64,000 nucleotides of DNA from Eledone cirrhosa (GCA_964016885.1 OZ024749.1:15376001-15440000), one strand, 5' to 3'. Shown: positions 29,504 through 42,981, counted from the stretch's first letter. Numbers and translations are program-made. The notes: a model not told the origin generated them from the letters alone.

Positions 29504-29556
<53 letters not shown>

Positions 29557-29627
29557 ATGTGTATATATATATATGTGTGTGTGTGTATGTGTGTATGTAT
29601 ATGTATGTGTGTGTGTATGTATGTGTG

Positions 29628-29664
<37 letters not shown>

Positions 29665-30012
29665 GTATATGTATGTATGTGTGGATGAAGGTATGTGTGT
29701 ATATATAGGTGTAAGTGCACTAAATCCCTTTCTATCACGCTCCACTCTCCTACCCATCACAGGAAGATATGTGTATGTATATTGCTTCCACCCCCTCACT
29801 GACCAGCAGCTGGCGATTGCTAAATCTGACCTTTATAAAATAACCCACACCCCAAATAACTTCTCATTCACTACCAGAAAGGGACACAGCAGTCAACCTG
29901 TTGTTGCTACCAAGATGAAAACTGCTATGAAATCCCACAATGAATTTTATACTTGAATTTTCAAGTCTCAAATTTTAACTCTTCGTATTATTAATTTTTC
30001 TTAATATTAATC

Positions 30013-30060
30013 AACATTTGAAAAGATGGCTTTTGCAGACCCATCGAAACCGGTCATTTT
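30013..30060 (+). ncRNA. minimal hammerhead ribozyme, U3:A8 core variant (inverted copy 26561-26608, minus)
   Basis: aacat-TTGAAAA-gatgg cttttgcagac ccatc-GAAA-ccgg-TC-atttt. Confidence 0.65.
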
Positions 30061-30261
30061 TTTATACCCTTTATTATTTCCTTACCTTATAAAATTATGT
30101 TTTTTCACAAAAAAGTATTCTGTCTCTTATATATTCCATGTGCCATTACCAACCTCAATTTTCTCTATAACCTTCGCTTTGTGTAGAAAATAACACTTTT
30201 CATATATATATATATATATATATTTACGATATTAACAAATGGAAACTATATCTATAAAACC

Positions 30262-30335
30262 ATATTTATTTCATTATACATATTTCAAGGACACCAAGTT
30301 AAATTATGGTGTGCTTTCATCAGACAAAATATAAT
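30262..30335 (-). ncRNA. degenerate hammerhead-like motif
   Basis: minus ttttgt-CTGATGA-aagcacacca..tggtgtcctt-GAAA-tatgtataa; cleavage site/stem I decayed. Confidence 0.4.
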
Positions 30336-30448
30336 ATAGAACAGTTTTATAAATAAATATTGACATACCCGTAAAAAATGCAACCATTACTGTTGGAATA
30401 TAAATATATATATATAAATATATATATATATAAAAATATATCTTTAAG

Positions 30449-30723
<275 letters not shown>

Positions 30724-30878
30724 GTACATATATATATATGTATGTACATATATGTATATATACATATATATATATGTATGTATGTACATGTATATATATG
30801 TATGTACATGTATATAAATGTATGTACATATATATATATGTATGTACATATATGTATATATATGTAAGTACATACATA

Positions 30879-30930
<52 letters not shown>

Positions 30931-31062
30931 TATACATATATATGTATGTACATACATATATATATATATATGTATATGTATATATATATATGCATATGTA
31001 TATATATATGTATGTACGTACATACATATATATATATATATGTACATAGACATATATATGTA

Positions 31063-31104
<42 letters not shown>

Positions 31105-31214
31105 CATATACATATATATGTACGTACATATATATATATATATGTATGTATCTACATGTACGTATATATATATATATATATGAACGTATATATATATATA
31201 TATGTACATATATA

Positions 31215-31258
<44 letters not shown>

Positions 31259-31297
31259 TAAATATACACGGGTGTGTATGATTGTGTATAGAAGATT

Positions 31298-31813
31298 ATA
31301 TTAATAAGAGGAATTCCAACTTTGTCTGAATTACTCGTTTTATTTACAATCCTTTAACATATATAATGGTATAAAAGTGATGTTGATGGTGATGATTAAT
31401 AGAAAATGCTATTTTCATCATTTCTAAAAATAGCAAAACAATTGATGCGTTGGATATGACTATTGGTCGTTAGCATGCTCAACCAGCCGTGACGCTTAAA
31501 CCAATCAGCTTTAGTAATTCAGTGAAACTACACACTGATTGGTCGAAATACAGTTTACAGGGCTGGAGCCACTTTTCTCTGTATAAAATGTATAAAAGGT
31601 AGGAAATTTACCCATCTCATTACAGTTGAAAATTGCAAACTCGACTGTCACCACATATTATGAACCTGAAGATTGCGAAAGCATGAAAGTACTTGTTCAA
31701 TTAACACTTAGAATTTAATATTCTATCATACTATTTCATTATAATACCATTATATATTTTAAAGGATTGTAAATAAAACGAGTAAATCAGACAAAGTTGG
31801 AATTCCTCTTATT

Positions 31814-31817
<4 letters not shown>
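31298..31817 (+). mobile_element. non-coding PLE-like mini-element with ~80-bp inverted ends
   Basis: tattaataagaggaattccaactttgtctga / tcagacaaagttggaattcctcttattaata; CCAAT and TATA-like motifs and an HHR inside. Confidence 0.75.
31661..31699 (+). ncRNA. minimal type I hammerhead ribozyme
   Basis: tgaac-CTGAAGA-t tgc gaaa gca t-GAAA-gtac-TT-gttca: 5-bp stem I, GNRA-capped stem II, palindromic AGTACT stem III. Confidence 0.8.
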
Positions 31818-31845
<28 letters not shown>

Positions 31846-31894
31846 CATATATATATACATATATATATATATACATATATATATGTACATATAT

Positions 31895-32002
<108 letters not shown>

Positions 32003-32006
32003 GTAC

Positions 32007-32047
<41 letters not shown>

Positions 32048-32068
32048 TATACATATATATATATATAC

Positions 32069-32185
<117 letters not shown>

Positions 32186-32198
32186 CATATATATATAT

Positions 32199-32289
<91 letters not shown>

Positions 32290-32348
32290 CATACATATAT
32301 ATATATGTGTACAAATTTATATACATACATATATATATATATATATGT

Positions 32349-32430
<82 letters not shown>

Positions 32431-32517
32431 GTACATACATATATGTACATACATATATATATATATATATATACATACATATATATGTACATACAGATAT
32501 ATATCTACATATATATG

Positions 32518-32603
<86 letters not shown>

Positions 32604-32619
32604 TGTAAATATATACAAT

Positions 32620-34950
32620 TCTTTTAAAAAATAGTTTTATAATGTATATAAAGTTTATAAAGAATATAAAGTATTACAGGCTTCGATGTATTATTAAAAT
32701 TCATCTTACCAAATGTTGAGTATTACAATTAAAAAGAATTAATAGGAATTAAAAACAAAAAAATTAACGCTTTTAAATGAAGAGTTGAGGTATGTTTTTT
32801 TTCCATCTTCCTTGCTCAGAAGTGGACTGGAGAATGAGTTCTTGTGTATAGAGAGAGAGGTGTGTAGTTATGATAGTAGCAGTGTTGGTAGTTGTGTTTC
32901 TTCTAAGAACAAAATCGTTTTTGCGGGGACAAAGGAAATATTCTGTAATTATATGTGTATATATCTGATTGTGTTAATTGACTGGTCAAGAATTCAAATG
33001 GGGGTGGCGATGGGGACGGGGAATTGTAAACTAGAGACAAATTCTAAGGCAGCATTAGGGTTGTAAAAGAAATTCTATTATTGGAATATGGTTTTAGGGG
33101 GTGTGTGTATAGTGTGAGGGTGTATATATAGCAATACACACATGTATGTGGGGTGGGGGCGTGTTTATTTCAGCCTGTCTGCCACAGGTCTCTTTGTGGT
33201 GGGAAATTAGAAAAAAAATTAAATAAAAAAAAAAACAGACCAAAGTATCAGTAGTGGCTCTCAAACAGGAATTTCTGGAATGAGTAATTTTCTCTCTCTT
33301 ATTTTCTTGTGTGTGTGTGGGGAGGGGGGATCTAATGGGGGTGATTACATATTTAATTTTGGTTTAAATTTGTTAATAAATAGTTTTTCTTTATTTATTC
33401 TTTGTTATTGAATGAAAGAATCGGAGCACTTGTAAAGGGGGAAGATTTTAAAGCTGGGTAGAGTTATTCCTGCACAATCTGCAATGTGACTACTTAAGGG
33501 AATTTTTCTAGTGTTTACATCTCGGATTTGTTGGCGATGGATGGTCCTTCTTTTGCGTAATGACACTCCTGTCTGCCCTATATAGTTATGTCGACAGCCA
33601 CCGCATGTGATTACGTAGATCAGGTTCTCCGAGTTACAAGTGAAGTTGTTTTTCACTGTGAAAGTTTGGCCATCTTTAAACGTGAATTTTTGTCCTTCAA
33701 TTAAGTATAGGCATGTTCCACAGTTTGTTATTCCGCATTTTGTTACCGTAAGGTTGGAGATAGGTTTGTGTGTCTTTGTTCCAGTGAGCATGAGTTTTAG
33801 TGATTTTGGTTGCCTTTTGCTTTTAATGATCTTGTGTGTTTCTAGGATTTTTTTCATTTTTTCATCTTTAACTAGATTGGGGAGGTTTTTGTGTAGGAGG
33901 TCGAACATTTCCGTGTTTCTGGGGTTGAATGTGGATACATATGGTAAGGTATCGTTTGTGGTTCTGTGCTTTGGGTTGTTGAGTTGATGAAAATTTGCGT
34001 GTTTTGATTTATCTATTCCGTTATTAATTATGTCAAGTGGGAAGGCTCTTAAGATAAGTGTGTTTTTAAGTTCATTTAGTCTTTGTTCCCGTTTAGCTGG
34101 GTCTGATACTATGGTGCATATACGTTTGGCTAAATTAAAAGGAGTGTTAAGTTTTGTATGTTTTAGGTGATTTGATGTGAAGAGGAGGTACTGTTTGGAG
34201 TCCGTGGGTTTATAAAAAGATGTCTGTTTCTATTTTCCCATCTGTTTTTAAAATAAGGATATCCAAGAAGGCTAATTCCTTGGAATTACCCCCATTAGAT
34301 CCCCTCTCCCCACACACACCACAAAATAAGAGAGAAAAAATTACTCATTCCAGAATTTTACTGTTTGAAAGCCACGACTGATACTCTGCTCTGATTTTCT
34401 TTTTTTTTTTAATTTAAAATTTTTTTTTATTTCCCACCACAAAGAGACCTGTGACAGACATATGTGTATTGCTATATATACACCCTCACACTATACACAC
34501 ACTCCCTAAAACCATATTCCAATAATAGAATTTCTTTTACAACCCTACTGCTGCCTTAGAATTTGTCTCTAGTTTACAATTCCCCGTCCCCATCGCCACC
34601 CCCATTTGAATTCTTGACCAGTCAATTAACACAATCAGATATATACATACATATTTACAGAATATTTCCTTTTCCCCCGCAAAAAACAATTTTATTCTGT
34701 GAAGAAACACAACTACCAACACTGCTACTATCATAACTACACACCTCTCTCTATATACACAAGAACTCATTCTCCAGTCCACTTCTGAGCAAGGAAGATG
34801 GGAAAAAACTTACCCTAACACTTCATTTAAAATTTTTAATTGTAATACTCAACATTTGGTAAGATGAATTTTAATAATACATCGAAACCGGTAATACTTT
34901 ATATACTTTATATACTTTATACACATTATAACACTTTTTTTAAAAAGAGT
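32620..34950 (-). mobile_element. second, older PLE of the same family with inverted 3'UTR copy
   Basis: arms 32620-33345 / 34288-34950, diverged with indels; decayed HHR TTGGTAA-gatg..catc-GAAA-ccgg-TA at 34850-34898. Confidence 0.9.
33333..34287 (-). pseudogene. PLE RT thumb + GIY-YIG remnant
   Basis: CGITNCGTC..NLIYVITCGGCRHNYIGQT, closely similar to the 26933-28792 protein; premature stop at 33405 and frameshift near 34220. Confidence 0.9.
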
Positions 34951-35060
34951 TGTCGCTCTCATTATTTCAATAATGTCATCTTTTCAATAATGTCACTGAC
35001 GAATAAGAAGAGAAAAAAACCCAGACCCTAAAATATATTTTCCGTGCTATTTCCAGCTTC

Positions 35061-35106
<46 letters not shown>

Positions 35107-35126
35107 ATATATATATATATATATAC

Positions 35127-35331
35127 ACGAGGATGGATGCGCTGAAAAGGTCATAAGCTGACTATGAGGGAGTGATGATAGAGCTGTGAAATTTTACTTG
35201 CATTATTTTCTACTCCACTTATTAATAACTGCATTGTTTCTTTCCGGGGACTATGTTGAAAAATAAACCTCATTTGGTCATTCCATGAGAGTATCTTGGT
35301 CAGCCTATGAACTTTCCAGCTGACCCTCGTA
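35127..35331. mobile_element. mariner-like MITE
   Basis: imperfect TIRs acgagg..gctgaaaaggtcataagctgac / gtcagcctatgaactttccagctgaccctcgta. Confidence 0.55.
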
Positions 35332-35534
35332 CAATGGTTTCGTTAAGAGTTTTAGGTGTCCAGACATTGTTGACCAGACACAAACACCTTCTCGTCCTTC
35401 CCTCCCTCCCTTGATAGAGTGGAGCAGTTTCCGTAGCGGCTACTGGCCAGTTGTCCCTCTCATCTCTAGGGAGTATTTTACCCGATTTTCTAAGCTATTA
35501 CTTATAGGAAGGGTCCCATACTCAAGGAGTGAAA

Positions 35535-35784
35535 AGGGCCATTACATCTTGATAGCGGGTGGGTATGGCACAGTGGGACAAAAGGACCATTAGATCTTGA
35601 TAGGGGTGGTGGGTTTGGCACAGTAGGACAAAAGGATCATTACATCTTGATAGGGGTGGTGGGTATGGCACAGAGGAACAAAAGGGTCACTACATCTTCA
35701 TACGGGTGGTGGGTGTGGCACAGTAGGACAAAAGGGTCGTTACATCTTGATAGGGGTGGCGGGTATAGCAAAGTAGGACAAAAG
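35535..35784. repeat. 50-bp minisatellite x5
   Basis: cattacatcttgataggggtggtgggtatggcacagtaggacaaaag. Confidence 0.9.
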
Positions 35785-35823
35785 TGATATGCGGAAGAGG
35801 GGTGTGATTTCCACCAGTTATAA

Positions 35824-36032
35824 TAGTGATTTCTAGTATAAGCACAAGGCTAGTAATTTGTGGGGAGTGGGGAGTCGATTAAATCGACCCTAGTACGTTA
35901 CTGGTACTTTATTTTATCGACCGCGTAAGGATGAAAGGCAAAGCTAACCTCGACGGGATTTGAACAGAGAACGTAATGGGCCGTAACTCTATGCTGCAAA
36001 ACATGTTGTCCGACGCGCTACCGATTACTGCT
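35824..36032 (-). mobile_element. tRNA-derived SINE
   Basis: family motifs on the minus strand. Confidence 0.75.
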
Positions 36033-36697
36033 ATGCTCTTTAACTCAGGAAAATCGTTCTGTCGTGGGTAATAGAAAAGTAGTTTGTAGGCCACATGCGA
36101 CCCGCGGGCCACGTGTTTGAGATGCTTGATTTATAGGAATCGACTGTTATCACAATTATTTTCTGTGTTGGACATTCTTACATTTTCTAGAAAGAATTTC
36201 ATGTTACCCAGCGCTGTGGTAGTTTATATAGAGGGTTATTATTCAAGGTCGATAAAAAAAAGTACCAATTTAGTACTGGGGTGTCGATTCTTTCTCACTG
36301 CCATTCTCTCAATCTCTCTCTATCTCTATCTCTCCCTCACTGGAAGAAATCTGCTGTATTCAGATCTAGAGAAGAGATGGGCTCTGTTAGGTTTTTAACA
36401 AATGCCATAGAAACGCTGTCTGTCAATATGCGCCCCTACAAGTTCCCCAGGAGTTCCGGGACCATGCAATCATAGAAGCCATTAAAATATAGTATTTATG
36501 GTAGCTAAATATAAATATAATTAATTTGGGATCTTTAAAATATTATGGGGTTTGACTAGGTACGTCATCACACACTGCCGGCATCGCCAAGGGTGGTCAG
36601 CGAGATATTTAACAGGGTGACAGATGATAGAACTCCGATTAAAGTTACCACCCAATAGGTTCTACAACTAACTAGTTTAAGGGAGCTCATTCTACTG

Positions 36698-37252
36698 ACA
36701 TACACAGACAAAGGGCTCAACATACACTTGCACACACGCAAAGATTTACATGCATTCACACACACATATACAGACAAAGAGCTCTACATACACTTGCACA
36801 AACGCACAGATTTACATGCATTCACACACACACATACACACACATACACAGACAAAGGGCTCTACATACACTTGCACACACGCACAGATTAACATGCATT
36901 CACACACACACACATACACAGACAAAGGGCTCTACATACACTTGCACACACGCACAGATTTACATGCATTCACACACACACACATACACACACATACACA
37001 GACAAAGGGCTCTACATACACTTGCACACACGCACAGATTTACATGCATTCACACACACACACACATACATACAAAGGGCTCAACATACACTTGCACACA
37101 CGCACAAATTTACATGCATTCACACACACACACATACACACACACACATACACACACATACACAGACAAAGAGCTCTACATACACTTGCACACACGCACA
37201 GATTTACATGCATTCACACACACACACACATACACAGATTTACATGCATTCA
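36698..37252. repeat. ~65-85-bp CA-rich minisatellite
   Basis: cagacaaagggctctacatacacttgcacacacgcacagatttacatgcattca repeated ~7x. Confidence 0.9.
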
Positions 37253-37574
37253 GATATACATATGTGTATATAAAACTACACATATTTACGTACATGCGTA
37301 TTTAAACATACATACACATAAACATGCACACACACGTACATGCATTTAGACACACACACATATACATGCATATTTCAACATATATACACACACACACACA
37401 CGCATATATATATATATATATATGCGTGTGTGTGTGTGTGTATCTCTGAGTGTGTGTGTGTGTGTGTGTGTGTAAACATGCACAGACACACACACATATA
37501 TCTGAACACACACACATCCACAATCTGTCAACCAACAGTTGCCCGCCACGCTGACATTGTAATAGTGCTACGTG

Positions 37575-38550
37575 TCACATTGGTGCTGGTGGTGGTGGTG
37601 TCATGGTAGTGGTGGTGGTGTTGGTGGTGATGGTGGTGGTGGTGGTGGTGTTGGTGTGATGATGGTGGTGGTGTGGTGTCATGGTGTTGGTGTTGGTGTC
37701 ATGGTGGTGGTGTGGTGGTGGTGTGGTGGTGGTGTGATGGTAGTAGTGTCATGGTGGTGGTGTTGGTGTGGTGGTGGTAGTGTGATGGTGGTAGTGGTGG
37801 TGGTGGTGGTGGTGTGGTGTGGTGGTGGTAGTGGTGGTGGTGGTGGTGTGGTGGTGGTGTAATGGTGGTGATGTTGGTGGTGTTGGTGGTGTTGATGGTG
37901 GTGGTGGTAGTGGTGGTGGTGTGATGGTGGTGTTGTTGGTGGTGGTGGTGTGGTGTCATGGTAGTGGTGGTGGTGTTGGTGTGATGATGGTGGTGGTGTG
38001 GTGTCATGGTGGTGGTGTTGGTGTTAGTGTCATGGTGTGGTAGTGGTGGTGGTGTGGTGGTGGTGTGATGGTAGTAGTGTCATGGTGGTGGTGTTGGTGT
38101 GGTGGTGGTAGTGTGATGGTGGTAGTGGTGGTGGTGGTGGTGGTGTGGTGTGATGATGGTGGTGGTGTGGTGTCATGGTGGTGGTGTTGGTGCTAGTGTC
38201 ATGGTGGTGGTAGTGGTGGTGGTGTGGTGGTGGTGTGGTGGTGGTGTGATGGTAGTAGTGTCATGGTGGTGGTGTTGGTGTGGTGGTGGTAGTGTGATGG
38301 TGGTAGTGGTGGTGGTGGTGTGGTGTGGTGGTGGTGGTGAGGTGTGGTGGTGGTGTAATGGTGGTGATGTTGGTGGTGTTGGTGGTGTTGATGGTGGTGG
38401 TGGTGGTGGTGGTGGTGGTGGTGTGATGGTGGTGGTGTTGGTGTGATGGTGGTGGTGTTGGCGTGATGGTGGTGTTGGCGTGATGGTGGTGGTGCTGGCG
38501 TGGTGGTGGTAATATGATGGTGGTGGTGGTCGTGTGATGGTGGTGGTGGA
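37575..38550. repeat. degenerate (GGT)n tract with internal duplications
   Basis: direct reading. Confidence 0.9.
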
Positions 38551-38719
38551 AATAAACTTTTTGGAGTGAGACGAGATAAAAGATATGATAAGGTGTAGTG
38601 TGTTGTGTTGGAAGGTGTGATAAATAAAATACGACGAAACGGGGGGGGGGGGACAAAACCTGAAATAACGGGACAGTACAGGAACGGGCGAAAAAGTACT
38701 TAGGAAGGTGATAAATAGA

Positions 38720-40487
38720 ACAAATCCCAAACCCAGAGCCTTCTCACTCCTGTTGGAGGAACCCCTCCCTGGTTGATCTCCACCGTTTTCTATCTCTGGC
38801 CATATTGGGCCATGTGGGGCCGAGTATCGGGTCAAATTGTCTGTTATCTTGCTTCTGGTCGCCTCCAGGTCCTTCTCCACTGCCTCGGTGTCCACTCTGT
38901 CACTCTAATAGTCCACCTGTTGTCTCTGAAACAAGAGACGTGGCCAGTCCATCTATATTTGCCTTTCTTGATTGTCTTGATTACGCCCTTCCCTCCAGTC
39001 TTCTGTAGAATCCAGGTGCTGCTCTTCCTGTCATGTAAGGTGAAGCGAAGCATGATTCGCTCTATTTTACGTTGGGCCACTTCAAGAGTCTCTGCAATGG
39101 TGATGTTGAGTGCCTCACTTCCATATATCATCACTGGCAGAACATATTCGTTAAACAGTTATCTTTTAGTGTCACGCGTTGACTTGAGACTTCTTTGATG
39201 TTATAAAATTACCCAAAAGCTGCCCAACCAAGCACAATCCTTCCTTTGATCTCCAGAAATAGGGCACCATCTCTTGCAACCTTCTTTCCGAGGTACACAT
39301 AATTGTGTACTTCCTCGATGGCCTTTCCATCCACAATAACTGGCGATGGTTTAGCGTGGCTGCTAAACATGACTTTGGTTTTCCCAAGATGGATGTTTAG
39401 GTCTACTGACTGGCTCACAGTGTGGATAGCATTGAGAATCTCCTCCAATTCTTGTGGTATATGGGCTATTTAGAATGATGTCATCTGCAAATTCTCTGAA
39501 ATTTGCAAGGCCACAAGACGTCATATGAACGAAGGCATAAGACGATATGACAAAAAGCGACAACTCAAAGCCCGGAAGAGAATATAGGATTGGATCCGAT
39601 AAAAAGGATGCAGCGTCTAGGCAAAGATAACGTCTTCACTTAATTAGCACACTCATGACTAACCTTGGCAGGTTTATAAGACGGTAGGAAGAATTCTACA
39701 GCAAACTATACAGCACAAGACAGCCCCAGGACCAACCATTCTCCAGTAACAAAACCTCAACTTCTATACGACTTCATCCTATCATTCCATCATAGATAAG
39801 AGCGAGCATTAAATGATTAAAGGGAGACAAGTTACCAGGCAAAGACAACATCACTGCAGGTAAACTTCAGGGTAGTGGTGAGGTCATTGTCATGGTACTT
39901 CACAAGTTCTTCAACAGGTGTGTAGAATGCCTTGTTCCTGACAGCTGAAAGGATGCTGTAATAGTCCTAATCCACAAGAAAGGAGATAAAGCAGACCTCA
40001 GAAACAACTGCCCAATAAACCTCCTACTCACCATTTACAAGGTGTTTCAATACATCCTACTCAGGAGGACGCTTGGTACGTTAAAACTGCACCAACCAAG
40101 AAGGCAGGTGGGATTCAGGTGAGGATTCTCAACAATAGACTACATCTTGGTAGTTAGTCAACTACAAGAGAAGACAAACGAACACAACTTCCCTCTCTGC
40201 TTTACCTTCGTTGACTATGAAAGGACATTTGACTCCACCGAGTTCACCTCACTATTTACAGCACTGGAGAACCAATGAGTGGATCCAGCTTACATCACAC
40301 TACTAAAGGATCTTTATAATGGCGCTACATCCACTCTCGGATTACACCAAAACAGCGACGAGATCAAGTTAGAAAGAAGAAAAAGGCAAGGGGACATTTC
40401 CCTGAGAATGTTTACATTTTGTTTACAAGACGCCGTCATCAACAGAGTCAACTAGGAGAACAAGTGTGTCAACATGGATGATAAATA
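38720..40487. mobile_element. decayed RTE-clade LINE with inverted 5' segment
   Basis: minus 39500-38720: FADDIIL..LNIHLGKTKVM..YVYLG..IYGSEA..RWTGHV..RRPEAR; plus 39500-40487: KKGDKADLRNNCPINLL..FVDYERTFDS..RQGD..NMDDKY. Confidence 0.85.
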
Positions 40488-41029
40488 CAACAATAACATC
40501 AAAATAATCCAACCGTCAACTGACCTCTCTTTATCAGCCTCCTGTTTGGAACATAACACAACAAAGGTTTTTATATAAAATTATCCCGGAACGTTTTTAG
40601 AAAAACTTTGTATCATAGACCAGGGGTTGGCTTCAGGTGGTTTGTTATCAAAAGGCTGAACAAAGATTCTTAATATCACTTTCTCATTATTAAGCTGGTG
40701 TCTGGAATATAACTTAACAAAGGTTCCTATATAAAATTATCCTGGAAGGTATTTAGATAAATATCCAATCCAATCCAGGGATTTCTCCCTCCTGTTGGAG
40801 TGTTTGGAACATAACTTAACAAAGGTTCTTACATAAAATTATGATTGAAGGTTTTTAGATAAATATAAACACTTTAGAACAGTTTTGAGTCGTAGAACCA
40901 GGGGCAATTTCGGGAGGTTTGTTATCAAAAGCTAAACAAAGATTCGTAATATAACTTTATCTTTATAACACAACTTAACCAAGGTTCCTACATAACATTA
41001 TGGAGGTTTATAGATATCTAAAGTCTAAG

Positions 41030-41289
41030 TCTAAAGCCAGTGTTTATTTCGGCTTCTGTGGCGTGAAGTGAGTGAAAGTACAAGACTTCCCCCTGGACAG
41101 GACGGCAGTCCAACGCAGGGTTAAATCACCAGCTATTGCTACTGGTACTCATTTTCAGCTGGGTATACCGGAGCAACATGAAATAAAGTGTGTTGCTCAA
41201 GAACACAACAGACAACCCAGTCCAGTAATCGAACCCACGATATTATAATCGTAAGTCCAACACACTTACCACTAGGCTACTCGCCTCCA
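41030..41289 (-). mobile_element. tRNA-derived SINE, second family
   Basis: minus ggaggcgagtagcctagtggtaagtgtgttggac..gtgggttcgattactggactg (A/B boxes) then gtgttcttgagcaacacacttt body. Confidence 0.75.
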
Positions 41290-42234
41290 CAGATAAATAT
41301 AAAACATTTTAGAACATATCAACCGTGTACCATAGAGTCCGGAGCAGTTTCAGGCGGTTTTTGATATCAAAAAGGTTAATTTAGCTAATCCTATATTCAG
41401 TTGATCGTACAAGTGAAAGGTAATGAGCGAAAGCGACGGAGGATAGATCTGCAGTTGTCCAGTTCTCTGACGACTTAGACATTTGATATCATCTCGACCA
41501 ATTAAGTATCTGTCAATGACCGAGCATTCGAAATAATTTTTATTCTTCGTGTCGTTTCGACAAACATTCACAGTAAATATAGATTTACAACATGGAAACT
41601 GTTGGAAAAGAATCACGTCTCTGGTTAGTCTGACATTGCAGTTAGAAGTTGTTGCCACCGTTCAAGTTGAAGAAAACTCTCCTACTCTTCTCTGGGAATG
41701 GTAAAATGGTAAATTCTTGCTGCTCTGGTCTCTCTTAGAAGCTATAGGTCTTCAGCTGTCTAGTGAGTCCTTAATTTATTGCATCTGTCTCAATTGAATG
41801 GATCTGACTGCATCTGTTTGTTTGTGTCCCTGTGTGTCCCTGCGTGTGTCTGCGTGTGTCTGCGTGTGTCTGCGTATGTCTGCGTGCATGTTTGTATGTA
41901 TCTAGATGTCTCCCTGTCTGTATGTATATATGTATGTATTTGTTCCTGTATGTATGTATATATGTATGACTGTATATGCCTACATGTCTCCCTGTATGTA
42001 TGTATCTGCATGTGTGTGTGTCCCTGTATGCATGTGAATGCATGTGTCTATTTATATGAGCGCGCGCGCTCGCGTGTGTGTAGATTGTATGTGTATGTTT
42101 GTGTATGTGTTTGTGTGTGTTGGGGGGGGGGGGGGGCAGGGAGGAGGAATAAATGTATCTAATTTCCTATTTTATCCCCTGTCCAAGTTTTTCTCTGTCT
42201 CTGCAAACACAAACACACACACGTGTATATATAT

Positions 42235-42274
<40 letters not shown>

Positions 42275-42384
42275 TTATATATATATATATATATATATAT
42301 TAGCACACATACATACGCACATTTTTTTCTTTTAATGGTTTCAGTTACTGGACCACGACCATGCTGGGGCAATACCATCAAGGC

Positions 42385-42540
42385 TTCAGAGTCGGTGATA
42401 GAAAACGATCAAGTGAAGGTACTATGGGATTTTAGGATACAGACGGACAAGAAATTAGAACACAATAGGCCTGACCTGGTGGTTTTTGACAAGGAAAAAG
42501 GATCGTGCCTGATTGTAGATGTAACCGGCTCGTTTGACAG
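42385..42540 (+). pseudogene. R4/Dong-like RLE endonuclease fragment
   Basis: ESVIENDQVKVLWDFRIQTDKKLEHNRPDLVVFDKEKGSCLIVDV. Confidence 0.8.
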
Positions 42541-42793
42541 ATTTTACGAGCAAAATCAACCGACAGGAGACCTAAAGGACTGCAAGCAAGATGGTTGGAT
42601 AAGATCCACGAGCTTGGCTGATCTCGTTTAGGGACTCAGCTGGATTATTTGGAGATGCTTACTTCTGACAGGACCAGTGGAAGGCGTGTTTGAGGACGCT
42701 GTCTTCACGACCCTCAGAAGAAGAAGAAGAAGAAGACAACGATGGAGGAGGTCAATTTTCAATAATAATAATAATGGTGATAGTGGTGTCAAT

Positions 42794-42878
42794 AGAAGAA
42801 GAAGAAGAAGAAGAAGAAGAAGAAGAAGAAGAAGAAGAAGAAGAAGAAGAAGAAGAAGAAGAAGAAGAAGAAGAAGAA
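42794..42878. repeat. (GAA)n microsatellite
   Basis: direct reading. Confidence 0.95.
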
Positions 42879-42981
42879 ATATAATTCAAATAAATATGTT
42901 TGTAATGTTTTACTGCTATTTTAGAAATTTTGAAAGGATCGCGTTATAAAGTTTTAAAAATAGGAAAGATTACACACACAA

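Larger units (their letters stand above)
26455..30202 (+). mobile_element. Penelope-like element (Neptune-type), 5'-truncated with inverted pseudo-LTR
   Basis: 26455-26932 is the reverse complement of 29688-30166 (only a 1-nt homopolymer indel seen); 36-nt 3' tail; (TA)n on both sides. Confidence 0.95.

Noticed and set aside
37570-38660. His/Thr/Pro- or Gly/Val-rich ORFs
   Set aside because: Degenerate (GGT)n repeat
41560-41705. Cadherin-like phrase ATVQVEENSP in a short + frame
   Set aside because: Short, bounded by stops, no other cadherin motifs
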